Of a DNA stretch of 64,000 nucleotides, positions 47,801 to 61,286 are shown one piece after another. The notes under the pieces are model-generated. The model worked only from the letters and a program-made list of their open reading frames with translations. It ran no database searches and was not told where the DNA came from. The stretch lies in the NCBI GenBank assembly GCA_951406725.2, contig OX597831.1, positions 53,320,001 through 53,384,000 on the forward strand, given 5' to 3'. The stretch's first letter is position 1. Each line of letters starts with the position of its first letter. The position numbers and the translations under genes were made by a program. Origin of the DNA: Octopus vulgaris. Taxonomy: Eukaryota.

Positions 47801-49715
47801 AAAATGTAAATGGCTATGTATATATTTGCAACACTGATAGTATTGTTTTCAATTTGATAGAAAATTTCCCAGACAAGTTTTTGTTTAAACTTTGCAGTGT
47901 TTAATGTATATGTTACATGCATAATATTGCTTTTATGTGAATAACATCCACCATCATACATCTTACACCTGCTTCTTGAATTAAATAATGAGAAATGTAA
48001 CAAACAAATACGGAATGAAAATATATGTGTAGTCAGCCTCTACAAATAGACAGCTATAACAACATAAAAATGCAAAATTACAACAGAAAGTGGGGATAGA
48101 CAAGGTCAGGGACAGCACTACTTCACAAATACCTTGAACTACAGCCAACTCCATGAAACACTACCAAAGAGAAAGGGTATTGCAGGGGAAGGACAGGAAA
48201 AGTAAAATGCCCAACTCATCAATCAGTAAAAAGTAAGTGATAAATTTATAAGTTACAGAGATTAATTATAACCCAACAAGATATTTTAAAATGTAATGAC
48301 AAATCATCTTATGTCCATTTTTTCTATGCTTGCATGGATTTGACTATATAACGATAAACAAGACTTGACAAACTATTATAGTAGATTTAGAAAGAGATGG
48401 GAAACTAAGAAATAAAAAAGACAAAAGAAAAATGTAAAAACATACACCCTCAGGAACTAAAAAAAAAAACTGACTAACTGACTTTAAACAGGTAGAATGT
48501 AACAGAGTATAAGTAATTAGATCACAAATGTATTTAAAATGTGCTATCTGAAGGAGAAAAAAAATGAACATAAGAATGTATGCTTGAAATGGTCAAAACC
48601 ACCAGCACAATGTGCTCTAGTGCTTCAAATCTCTTGCTAAGCAGAGTTGATGAAAAGAGATTCTGATTAATTATTTGATACGCTTTGTTTTCTAATTGGA
48701 ACTGATGACCAACTAGGGAGTTACATACCAAAAGATGATAATGGAAAGTAAAAACTGGAGATGTACATGCTGAAGCTTAAAAAAAAAAAAAGCATGTAAA
48801 GGCAGAAGCAATTTTTTTTTAACTGACTGGTGCAATACTGAAGTCTTCAGAATGAGAACGTTTAGGTTATAAATACTAAGGGCAATGCACCTATAAATTA
48901 TCCAGCGTAGTCAAGACAAGAATATTAGTTAATATCATTTGTATGTTTAAAATACATAACTCATCTGCCTTTTACATTTTCTCACTGATTATCATTTTTA
49001 AATGGTGAAATATTATATAATAAATCAGAAATATTTCTTAGTGTATCTTCTGGATTCTTATTCTTCTTACTCATGTTATTCCATTATTTCAGTTACAGAT
49101 GAAATTAAAAATTTGTTATAAATCAAATTTTTGTTTAAAAAAAAAATCCAGTATATTTTAAAGAGCAGTGCATTTATTGCAGTTTACAATCATTTATAAT
49201 GTATACCGAGATGAATAGTTAGTTAAATTGATCCTAGTTAATACCAAGGACATACTTCAGAAACCATAGGAATGAAAGCAACATAGATCTCACAAAGAAC
49301 TAAACACAGATGAAACTAATCCCTGAAAGCCTGCTATACTACCATTTAAGCCACTTCACAAACCTCTGCTCCTATACAATGGATATTGAGCAAATATTAT
49401 TTATTCAAAAGTAGAACTGACACCAGAGATATATTTTTACTTAGTTTTTACAAAGCTGTGGATAACCACCATTATGTTGCTCTCCCTATGCTGATAACAC
49501 ATCCAAATGATTTAGGGGTCAATATCACAAAAACCTAGAAGTCATGACTATGTTACCTACAATGTGATATGTGAAAACAATCCAAACTTTTCTACTTAAA
49601 ATGGAAGTGATGCTTTTAAAAAACAAACCAACAAAAACCTCTAAAAGTAACTGACATCAGTTTTGAATAAATTATGGGGTGATTAACAAAGAAAAATGTT
49701 TGAAAATATCCAAAC

Positions 49716-49868
49716 CTGGGTAATAAAAATTGTGAATTGCTATTTGAAGTATTGGAGCTAGATGCACTTGGTGGTTCTGTGGAACTGTTTGGTGTAGTGG
49801 TAGTAGTAGTGACAGCTGGGGGCTTGGGAATTTCAGCTTGTCTTCTAGGTAATCGTTCTAATTGTTGT
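49716..49868 (-). CDS. KCMF1: KCMF1 exon (QQLERLPRR...NSQFLLPR)
   Basis: Acceptor cttttcag, donor AG|gtttgg; RQQLE and NSQFLL are KCMF1 motifs; phase 2-2. Confidence 0.92.
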
Positions 49869-51946
49869 CTGAAAAGAAAAAGAATTGATATTTCAAGATT
49901 AAAAAGAAGACAGTGGTTGAGTTTTAAAATTTGTATACAAGCAGAAAATAAAATGAAATTAACAAAAAGCGAAAATAGCAATTATTATTTAACAGCCATT
50001 TGACATTTCCTCTTTTTTTTTTTTTCCTCTAAAGAGATAAATAACAATTCCATCCTTTATGAACTTATAGCTATTTAAGGAGATTTGAAAATAATTATGA
50101 AATTCATTCTTAACTATCAGCTTTACTGTACCAACATAATTTGATTGAATTATTTCAAATTTATTAACCAAATTTTCTGTTTAATCTAAAATTATTTACA
50201 CTTTTCTGAACTTATATTTAATATCAAAGTCTATAGAATAATTGGAAATCTGGCATTTATCATGTTAATTATATTTGTTGCTTTCTAAGACTATGATTTT
50301 CTTAGAATCATGTTATTAATAATAAAATCTTGTTATTCTCAAATGAATAAAAAGAGAAATATTTCTTCTTAGATTGTTTATTGTAATATGCTTTGATGGC
50401 CATAAAATCCAAAGCAAGCAAAAATAAAGCAATTTGAAATATTTTAATGACTGTGTTAATATTAAAATAGTAAATTATTTGTAGATGGGGAAAAAAATTC
50501 TTAAAAAAACAAACAAAAAAAAGTGACCCAGGGGAACATAAAATAACATAAAAAATATATATAAAATTCAATATTTTTTTGAGTTATTAAAAATAAATTT
50601 TAACTCCCGAAAGCCAAGCAAGCAACAGAAAGAACAAAGAAAACAAAATTTAAAAGACAATGCAGAAAGAAAAAAAAAATCAGAGAGGGAAGATGAAACT
50701 AAATAGAAAGAAACAACAGATTTGAAATAATGTTCCATTAATGGCATTCCAACAAAAGACATAAACCCTACATGCCGTGTTTAAGGTTTTCATATGTACT
50801 GTTATGATGTGCTTTCCATTAGACACAATAATATATATTGGTAACTTCATGTTTTCAACAAATGATTAATTTGAAACATTTTAGACAAAACACTATGGGA
50901 TAAAATGAATCAAGAATGCAGGTCCTAGTGTTATTTCATTTGTTCACACTTATCTAAGGAATATCATCTTTTCATTCCATTATTAATAATTCTTTTTCAT
51001 ACTATTAAAATATTTCATAACTACAAACAATAGTATCTGAAATGTACGTAATATTAGATTGTACTTGAGAAAAGATAGAGACAATAGTTAAAAATTCTTT
51101 ATAATGCTAGTCTAACCTAACACAAATATAGATGCTATGAATGCCAGCAGCTCGTATTGAGATTAGTAGATCATGCAAACAAGAATTCCAAAATAAGAAG
51201 TTGTTAGAAACACAGATCCAATTTAGCAGAAAAAGCCAAAACATGCGGCAAAAATTAGCAAGTACATATCCAGAAAATTAACATAATACAGTAAAAATAC
51301 ATGCCTTTAAGGAGAAAATTGTTGGGTGTGCGTGCGTGTTTTTATATGATTGCAAGAAACTTCCCTATTTTAAAGAATTTATTTAACTTTACACTTGTTT
51401 TTAGGTTGGATATTAGTTAACATTAGAATAATGAATTGAAGGAGAATTCCATTAATTTTAATGTAAAACAGTTAGCATAAGTAGCACTACTATAATGATT
51501 AGCAAACTTTTCCCAGAAGAATATAAGCTTCTGAAATAAGAATGGTAATCAAAAATACCAAATATTGGTATAAGGATGTCTGTTCTACTTTAAAGTCACT
51601 TAACTGCATAATTATTGGGAATAAATTACTTGTCTTTAAATTCACTCTGCATAAGAAAATAGAATAAATGAATAAATAAAAGCAGGCAGTCTTTATACTT
51701 AAACTAGTAGTATGCCCAACTTCACTTGTAGTATGGAAGACTAGCACACTTAGATCACACACAACCTTGCTTATGGTTTATTTCAGCTCTAGATACTAAG
51801 CAAAATAGGACCAGACCATAAACAAGACAGGTGATATATATAGATATATGCAAATTGGTTTCATTCATAGTTTGGATGCATCAGGGAGGATGTGGGAGCT
51901 CATGTAAAGATTTCAACACCTTCAACTAAGGCGTATCACTGATTAC

Positions 51947-52051
51947 CCGTGGTCAGGTGCCAGCCAGGATTGAAACCGCGACCAAGATTGAAGTCCACCT
52001 GTCGACGACGCATTTACAGACTGCGTCGTAGTCATCACACCATCGATCCGA
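51947..52051 (-). CDS. KCMF1: KCMF1 candidate cassette exon, 105 nt (RIDGVMTTTQSVNASSTGGLQSWSRFQSWLAPDH)
   Basis: Acceptor ttctaatttcag, donor CGG|gtaatc; open in the required phase 2, multiple of 3; 10 CpGs in a CpG-poor intron. Confidence 0.62.
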
Positions 52052-53712
52052 CTGAAATTAGAACAACCATAAGAGGGTATATTAGGTCCCCTTTTATGTA
52101 GGTTTCATCTAATTTATTATTAGTAGCTCCTGTCCAACACTGGATGAAAGTCTCCTCCATATACAACAAATACTGATGCTGACTGAGCATGTTACTAACT
52201 AATTTCAAAAGGTTTTAACTGCCTATAAAAACATTATTACAAACTATTCTTAGATTTTACAAAAGAATATCTTAAACAAAACCCTAACAAAGTTAATGTC
52301 ATTTAGTTCTATTGCAATTAACTAACCAAGTATAATAACAGAGATTCTACACATTGAATAAACTGGAAATCAAAATGAGAAAAAAAAAATTAAGAAATAC
52401 ATAAGAAATGAACCAGTTATAAGAGTGGTGGAAAAATTATATAACCACAAAACACCAGCAAGCAGCTACAAACATAAACAACACTTGCAAACTGCCATCT
52501 AAATATAGCTATTACTGCCTGTGTGTAGACAACCCTATCTAACATGAAATGATTGCAGTTTCCAAATTGCAATTCAACATGCTGTCAATTTGTTGGAGGA
52601 AATTCACATTCAATGATGATACATGTACTCTTAACATTTGCATTTTAATTATATATTGAAACAAGTTAAAAATACATAATCATGCTTTTCAAACAACAGA
52701 ATATTAACAAAAAAAAAACCCCCCAAAAAACTGATAGTCTAAGTATTGGCTTTGATGTGAGATAATTCAAAGTTTATAACATCTAGAAGGTATATCCCTC
52801 TTCCAATTCTATAACATCTAAGATTTCAATGTAGGCTCAATTATGGAATACAAACCATATATCAATTGTCCAGCAAGAAATATGAGGTTTGCATTTCATC
52901 AGAGGATATACGTCTCATTTTCAATTCAAGATTTATAAATTATTTCTCCTTTGCTAATGCAAGGATAGCAACTATAAGAAACTATAACATTAGCAAGACT
53001 GAGGAATAAAGGAGAAACTTTATTTAAAACTAAGAAACAAAAATTAGGTTGAAAGAATTACATAGAGAGAAGTGATACATGAAATAGTTACAGCTCTCAT
53101 ATATTTGAACTAGAAAACTAATATACCCTCTCTATCTTTCTAACACAATGAATGGCAGGTTTTCGACAATAACTAACCACATTTAAGCAACATGGAATAG
53201 TCCTTGCATTTACTGAGGGGTTTTTCTGTCTGAGTTGGAAGAAAGACAATGGCTATACACTGGAGAGACAAATGGATGAAGACATAGCTGAGAATCAGCA
53301 ATACTAAACTCAAAAGGTTTAATGAAAGTCCAGTTCCATTTGTAGCTTTGCTGGATAGCCACTAACTCACTGATGAGTTCATTCAACCTAGTACAAAGGT
53401 ATTGTTGTCTTGTCACAGTATTAATTCACCCTCCACACACCAGGATAAGATTTCACTGAGGCATTGCTAAGTTTAGTTGCCAACAACCTTATCATGAACA
53501 CAAACACACTCTTTCTCTCGCACATATATAGGTGCTTATGTAATATTATTAATGAAACTAATAATTATCATTTCAAGTCGAATGTCAAACAAGTTCAACT
53601 CTGCAATTATTTGTTATGAACTGTTATATATACATATATATCAATAAATATTAAAATACCATCATGAGTGGTAAGCGAATTATCAGCCGTAAAGGCAAAT
53701 CAACAAAATATA

Positions 53713-54086
53713 TCTCTTTTACTTGTTTCAGTCATTTGACTGCGGCCATGCTGGAGCACTACCTTTAGTCGAGCAAATCGACCCCCAGGACTTATTCTTT
53801 GGAAGCCTAGTACTTATTCTATCAGTCTCTTTTGCCAAACTGCTAAGTTATAGGGATGTAAACACACCAACATCAGTTGTCAAGCGATGTTGGGGGGACA
53901 AACAGAGACACACATATATATATATATGACGGGCTTCTTTCAGTTTCCATCTACCAAATCCACTGACAAGGCTTTGGTCGGCCCGAGGCTATAGTAGAAG
54001 ACACTTGCCCAAAGTGCCATGCAGTGGGAATGAACCCGGAACCATGTGGTTGGTAAGCAAGCTACTTACCACACAGCCACTCCTGT
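53713..54086 (-). mobile_element. SINE family A copy (well preserved)
   Basis: Collinear full-length copy; older copies lie at about 55600-55890 and 62760-63090. Confidence 0.85.
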
Positions 54087-54254
54087 ACAATATTAGATAT
54101 GTCCATATATATACACAAGGGTACTACACATGAGTACCTATACTGCTAAAAAATACTTTGATGGTACAGAAGTATTTTTTTACTTCTATTTTTTAGCGAT
54201 ATAGGTACTCATGTAGTACTCTTGTGTATATATATGTACATATCTAATATTGTA
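54086..54254. repeat. Inverted repeat, ~70-bp arms
   Basis: tacaatattagatatgt...gctaaaaaata versus tattttttagc...acatatctaatattgta. Confidence 0.85.
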
Positions 54255-56521
54255 TGTATGTATGTATATATATATATAACAGTTCGGCCAATCTTTCTTT
54301 ATATCTTATGGACCCATTGATTAGTATTCAGATACCAACATAATGGAAAACAACTAGGGAAAAATGAACCACCACATGGATGAATTTATGTGGAGTCAAT
54401 TACACTGATAATTTTATAAACATTTGTGTTTACATCCAAAGATTCCTGTTGAACTTTCCTAGCTGAGTTTCATTTCTAAGATTTCCACCAATGACTCTCC
54501 AATGCACCCCCATCCCACTAAAACGAAGTAGAATTAAACGGTCACTCAAAATGTTCATAGATTTACAAATTAAGATATTCAAAAGTCAATTCACTTATTT
54601 TCATATTGTAATCTATCCATCTAATTTATGTGGCATTTTCAAATATGATAATGTTTTGTTCTAACTGTGCACATTTATACATTTCATAACTTTTAATAGG
54701 ACTGTTGTTATTTATCTAAACTGCTTATTACACAATGAAAATACAAATGGCTGAGAGGATAGGGTACCAAACGACTAATTGAGAGGGTTAGTATTTCAAA
54801 TCTTACCATCAGGAAAATAACCCTAAGTGGGGGACAGCTGCATGAATTTAGCTAAATCGGCTAGATGGTGAGGGTTTGAATGACATGCAGAATAAATAAT
54901 TGAGCCATACACTTATCTATAATTATTGCCAATTATTACTTAATATATATCCTTATGTAGTGATGTACTGAAGGCATAGTGAAAAATTTCCAAATGAATT
55001 GAAATTTGTTGAACAATCACCGCTAGGTTATTGTTGTTTTTTTTTTTTTATTTCCTCCTACTAAGAATTGAAATTTTTTTACATATACCATACAGTATAT
55101 CACCACCAAACTGATTCATAAAAAGTAATAACTAGTAATAATTGTATCTGACTCAATACTTACAACATTTCACTTTATTTTAATATATGCTAAAGGGTTA
55201 AGTTGCTTTATGAGGAAACGAATGCCAAGGGAGACAAATATTTCAGGAGATCATTTCAGTGTTTTTTAAATGTTAGTCAAGGTGCACAAATAAGTAAATA
55301 AGTTTGCATGGAAAGGTAGATTATACAACAAAAATATAACAAAATTATGAAAACAATTTTTTTGCAATGGAGAAGAAGAAAAAATTTCTGGTGTAATAAT
55401 TATTTCATCAAGGTGTTCAATCACCTACATGTCTGAAATTCTGCTCATTAAATATTGAAAGTAAAATTTTTAATTCAAAGAAATATTTTAATGTCTATTA
55501 AATACCAATAGTCATAACTTTCCTTACAATTCCTTTATACAGAACAAAATCCACATACCCACATTTCTTGACCTGAATAATATTTTAAAGATTTTCCTCT
55601 ACTCCACTCTTACTTTTTTTTTTTGAAGTCCAGAACTCAGTCTATTGGTCTTTTTGCCAAGCCCTTAGGTTATGGGAACATAAACTAATACCAGTTGTCA
55701 AGTGGTACAGGGATAGACACAAATATATGACAAGCTTCTTTCAGTTTCCGTCTACTAAGTCCATTCACATGGGTTTGGTCTACCTGGTTCTATAGTAGAA
55801 AACACTTGTCCAAGTTGCCATGCAGTGGTATTGAACCTGAAACCATGATGTTGGGAAGTAAACTTCTAATCACACAGCCATACCAGTGCCTGGAATAAAA
55901 TCTTTAAATCATAGGATTTGCAGATGTTCTTAGAGCAAGATTCTTCATTTGCCTAGAATACTAAAGGCCAACAAAGCATTACAGCTTAGTCCCACACACT
56001 AGCATAGCTAGAGTGTGTGCTGCTTCCAGACTCCACAAAAACAACAAAAAAAAAAAGCTACAGCAGACTCAAAAGTGCTGCCTGGGGTTCCAATCTGATT
56101 TGGCTTGGTTTCTATGCTGGATGCCCTTCCTCATGCCAACCATCTTACAGTGTGAGCCGAGTGCTTTTAACGTGTCACTGGCATGAGTGCTTTGCTTGAT
56201 TGATTTTATTAGGAAATGGTTAATTTTTCATCAACTAAACTATATGATGGAGCGATGAAACTGACCACAGCAGGAAAATATACAAGATCATCATCGTTCC
56301 TGTTCCATGCTGGTATGGACTGGACAAGATCTTTAATACTTACATTAAGGAGAATATTAAAATACTCTAAGATTTAATAAACATAACCCAATAAAGAATT
56401 TCAAAAAGATGTATTTTTTAACGGCTAAGATTGGCTCATAAGCTTGATTCCTATTGAATCACAAATATAAAACTTATTTTAATGAGTAAATACTACACCA
56501 ACCCTCACACTAAGTACTTAC

Positions 56522-56621
56522 TTAGTAGACTGCAATTGCATTTCTAACTGCTGCAACTGGGAGGATACACTTTGGGCAGCAGCAGCCCGACTTCGAACGC
56601 TGGACAGCTGAGATAATAACT
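56522..56621 (-). CDS. KCMF1: KCMF1 exon (ELLSQLSSVRSRAAAAQSVSSQLQQLEMQLQST)
   Basis: Not in the ORF track. Matches KCMF1 ELLSQLSGVRR...SQLQQLQMQLQ; acceptor ttttatacag, donor AA|gtaagt; phase 1 to 2. Confidence 0.94.
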
Positions 56622-58338
56622 CTGTATAAAAAAGAAAAGAAACAAAGATGTAAGAATCATAAGGAAAAACAGAAACATAAAAATCACATGGACTTAAGAA
56701 ACTAATAGTCTCTATTGCTTATTATTGACTAACACAAATAAGTGAGAAGCTTTGCTGAAGAGTAACAGATTTAAAAAATTAAAAGTTATACTTAACCTGA
56801 ATAATGAATAATATGCAAACATAATATAAGATTGCAAACTTTATAGTTTTTTTATTTTTAACAGTTTAGAATATTTAAATTAATTGGGGTGTTATTATGT
56901 ATTGGACAATATTAGTAAGCACTACCAAAATATGGGAAACCTAACGACAGATAAAGCTGATGTTATAAACCTGTGTAACAACTAATTTGAATGCTAAGTG
57001 GCAAAGTTAAAGACAGGTAGAGGTTTATTTCAAGCAATTCATTGGAGCAAACACCAAAGGCTAAGAGAAACGGATGCATTTGCTTGATTTTTTTCCAACG
57101 TATTTTCAGTTTAATAAAAGATTTTTTTTTGTTTTAACGAAAAATAAAAAGATTAAGGAAAACTATTTAAGTTTTAAAATCATGTACTTTTGTTAAACAC
57201 ACACAAATAAACAATCTGTCACGTGGCTTACAAAGATAACCTGTGGGATAAAACTTTTTCATGGCAATAAAAAATTTATTGGTTTGTTATATTCTAAAAT
57301 ATGAAAGAGAAAAACAATGAAATAAAAAATGAAAAAATAAAACAACTAAATATTTGAATATGTCAACTAAAAAGAAATTTTGCAATAGTACATTGATTGA
57401 ATGACTACAAAGCAATACTTCTTACTGTTAATTGCAAGGAACTGAAGATGTTATTAACAGCAAAAATGTGAAATCAAATATTAGAAAATTAGTATTCTAA
57501 TAAAGCAGTGAACCCCACAAAACTTAAGTTTTGTACCAAAGTCGGATAAGATGTCCACAGCATAAATTGTTGTTTATTTAGCATTTGTGAGTTGTTTTGG
57601 TCCGTGTGTGTGTGTGAGAGTGAGTGTGTATACATATATATACATACACATACATACATATATACACATGTATATATTTTGGAATAAAGCCACATTTTAA
57701 TAAAAAGAAAAAATTCTTATAATAAAGCAATTAGAATATTGAAAGAGAAAATATTGCAGGCATTGTTAAAGGATTTAAGTTTGAAAATCAATTTCAGTGT
57801 TACATGTATGTATTAAAAAAAAAATACAAAATATAAACTTGAAACAAGCAAACTAAGATGCTTCCTCAACAAAAATTGTGACAAAAACCTGAAGGAAAGA
57901 TTACAGCAGCCCAAATTATTTGGATTATGGAATGAAACAATAATTCAGGATACAGTAGCACACCTAACTAGCAAGTAATGATACTTACATCTGTACATTA
58001 ACATTAATGTAACCATGTAAAGCTACATTAAAGAAATCCTAATTTGGCAACACTGTTTCGAAGAAAAGGAGCAAAAAGAGATAGCAAAAAAACACCAAAA
58101 AGTCCATTTTAACCAGAGAAGACTTAATATTAGAACTACAAGAGCAACAACTACTTTTGACTGAGAAGGAAAAAAGGATAAAAAGAAACAAATAAATATG
58201 TTTAATAATAGATATAGAAGAATAGGTAAATATAGCAACCACAAGTAACTGACTTTATTCCAAGCATTTATGAGAGTTCTACACTGAGAAGGTCAAGTAC
58301 TGTGTGCTAACGAAGGAAGGAAATTTAAGAAAATTTAC

Positions 58339-58410
58339 CTGGAGAATATTCAAGGAAGACGTCCCAGAGGTCAGCTGCACACGAGATGGGAAGTTGTGGT
58401 CGATTACGAT
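58339..58410 (-). CDS. KCMF1: KCMF1 candidate cassette exon, 72 nt (DRNRPQLPISCAADLWDVFLEYSP)
   Basis: Acceptor gccttccatag, donor CAG|gtaaat; open in phase 1-1, multiple of 3; GC-rich relative to its flanks. Confidence 0.62.
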
Positions 58411-61229
58411 CTATGGAAGGCAGGCACACACCCAATGAAGAAAAACGAAATAGCGCATGATAGAATATCATTTGAGGTAGCCCGTTCCGATAATAAAGTT
58501 ATTTTGTCAAATTAACTTCCAATAGTTGATTTGGGGGATATAGAGAGCAGCTATTATTTAGAAAACTGGTTTTCAAAAAGAAATGAATTTACACCAAAAT
58601 TTATAAAGCCATTTAAAGAAAATCTTGCTTATGCCAGAACAGAAGACATCGTTTAAACAAACTTATTGCCACATTATAATAGTTTTCAATAAATCATTAA
58701 CTCAAGACCAGTTTTCTATAATAAAGAGGGAGGGGTAAATTAAAAAAAAAATTTTTTTTAATTATAAATAAATGAAATATAAAATGCGAATGAATTTTGT
58801 TTTAAATTTAAAACAAAAATTCATATTTATCTCCATGCACTGAGTGGCATGGATAACCAACTATCAAAGTGCATTTTATTATTTTAGGTCAGGAGAAAAA
58901 CAGTTGTAGATGAATGAAAGAAATTTATTAATTATAAAAGGATTTAATTTCATTAACCAGATCTCAGTATAGTTCAATTTTTACTTTAAAACCACACATA
59001 CCATCTTCATTATCCTGGTTAAGGGACAGTTTGTTAAAGCTAGTGAGCTGATCATAAGAGTTTTCATTCAAACCCACTACTTTGGCAGACTAAGCTTAGC
59101 AGTTGAAGGAAAAGAAAAGGTAAGGTTGAAATCAGGAACCTTACTGCTGCCAGGTCAATGCTTCATCGCTGTATTTAATACAAGAACTTCATACATACAA
59201 ATACCTACTTTAAACTGAGTACATGTTGACATATCAATCTAAGCTATCATAGAATCCTTATTAAAAAATACTGATACTAAAACCAAGAAGAAATGAACAT
59301 CAAGGAAAATCTAGAAATTGATATTTCTTTTAGAGATTACGTAACTGTGACTAAAAAAAATTAGCTTTAGAAAAGTAATAATTTAAGCAAATCTAGGTCA
59401 TTAAATTGACAAGTTTTATAAGAAATTATAATTTTGATAACCATAACTTTTACATGGCTAATTTTTTTTTAAGGCATTGATTTTATAGATAGTAAGTCAG
59501 TCACTTTGTTTATCTGTCTCTCTTGTTTCACTAATCTGTTTTTAAAAAAAACCCATTTCTGTTATCTCTGGCTTACTTTCACTCTGCTCACAATCTGCCA
59601 CAAATGAACAATTCTTTCCTTCTCATATCACAAGCTCACCAAGGCTCATGGAATACTTGATACATCTAATTTTTAAATTACCTCCTTGACATATTGTTAC
59701 AGGGGATATAATAATTATGATTAGATAGAGAATTTACTTGAAGTGTCATTCAAATGAATAGGTAACAACAGATTAAAAAAACAACAAAAAAACTCCCTCA
59801 TATAAAGAATAACTCCCAAGTTCAAGCTTTAATTTCTGCCAATAGTTTCAGCACTACTTAATACTACTTTTATGAAAAAATTGGCAAAGATCCTAAAATC
59901 TTAGCACAAAATCAGAGATAAGCATTATGAAAATTGGAGGTATATAGTCAATGTGATGTGGTTAGAACTTAAATTATAAAAACAGTCCTATATGTATACA
60001 CCAGAATTTATGATTACAAATGAGCATTAAACTGAGATAAATAAACACACACACACAAAGGCAGTTTCTAAGACTATGTAAACATCACCCCTCACACCTT
60101 ACTACAAAAATGAAATTCTTAAAACCTGTACAACTTTCCTAACCTTACTGTCAATCATCCTTAAGAGACTTTTCTAAAAATCATTAAGCTAATTTCCCAC
60201 CAATTAAACTCTTCAAAAAAAGACCAAGTGGCTCTTGATTAATGCAAATTAAATTTAAGAGAGAGAATGAGAGAAAAAAAACTATCTAGGAGTTAAAGAG
60301 TCTAGATGGAAGAGCAGTAAGATACAAAGCAAGAGTAAATGACTATGACTGAATGAATAAATGCAAAAGATTAGTCATTCGTTGGTAATCAGAGCAACAG
60401 TAAATCAAGAATCTTGGAGAGAAAGTAATTAATTAACAGTAAGCTTGGTTTAGGTAGAAGTAAATTTTTCAGATAAGTGCAAAGAAATTTTTCTTTCAAT
60501 TTTTATAAATTCTTTTAGGCTGGATGGTTAGACAGTTTTGCATTTTGACATGAATTAGTGAAGTAAGCGGTCACTTGTTTTCAAAGCCAGCTTAACCCAA
60601 CCATGAAGTAACGAAAAATAAGATGTGAATTAATGCAACTCGCTAAAATTTAAAGCAAGCTTTTTACCTAATGATTTGCACATCCAGAGTTCAAGCATTA
60701 TTTAATAGTAACACTTAGATATACAATCCATGCCATAGTAAAATACATGTAAGGAATTGATGATACATATTAAATTTATCAGACATCAAAATACTGATTG
60801 ATAAGCACAGAAAATTTATGTAGAGCCATCTGCTCAGTTTTAAAAACTAAAAATTATTTCAAACAAGATTTCTTTCTATTATTATTGCTTGCTGTTGCTG
60901 ACACAAGTTGGATACAAATCTTATTTTGTGAGTATTAAAGGATTTATACCATATTTTTGAACAAGATGTCTTTTTAAAAATGACTTAATTTATCTATCTG
61001 TCTGTGTGTGAAAGAGAGAGAACATAAAAGCATTAGTCAATTTGGACCATTAGTTCTAATTTTCATTGAAAAAAAAAAAAAAGGAGAGAGAAAGAGAGAG
61101 AACTTGGTACCATATTTATTTGAAAAGTACAATTTTTTTCGATCCAGCTAGGGAGGAAATAAAATGATAATTTTATCTTTCCTCATGTGAGAGACACTAT
61201 ACAAAACAAGTCAGTCTGATTTTAACTGG

Positions 61230-61233
<4 letters not shown>

Positions 61234-61283
<50 letters not shown>
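61234..61283. repeat. (TA)n microsatellite
   Basis: Read directly; other long (TA)n tracts at about 8622-8688, 37934-37971 and 38323-38359. Confidence 0.95.

Positions 61284-61286
<3 letters not shown>

Noticed and set aside
58114-58160. Additional KCMF1 exon after the strong acceptor ttccttctcag
   Set aside because: The nearest donor (CTG|gttaaa) is poor, and the 47-nt length would shift the frame.
59145-59168. 24-nt KCMF1 microexon (tacag|CGATGAAGCATTGACCTGGCAGCA|gtaagg)
   Set aside because: Weak pyrimidine tract and an in-frame TGA in the required phase 1; likely chance, although a poison microexon cannot be excluded.
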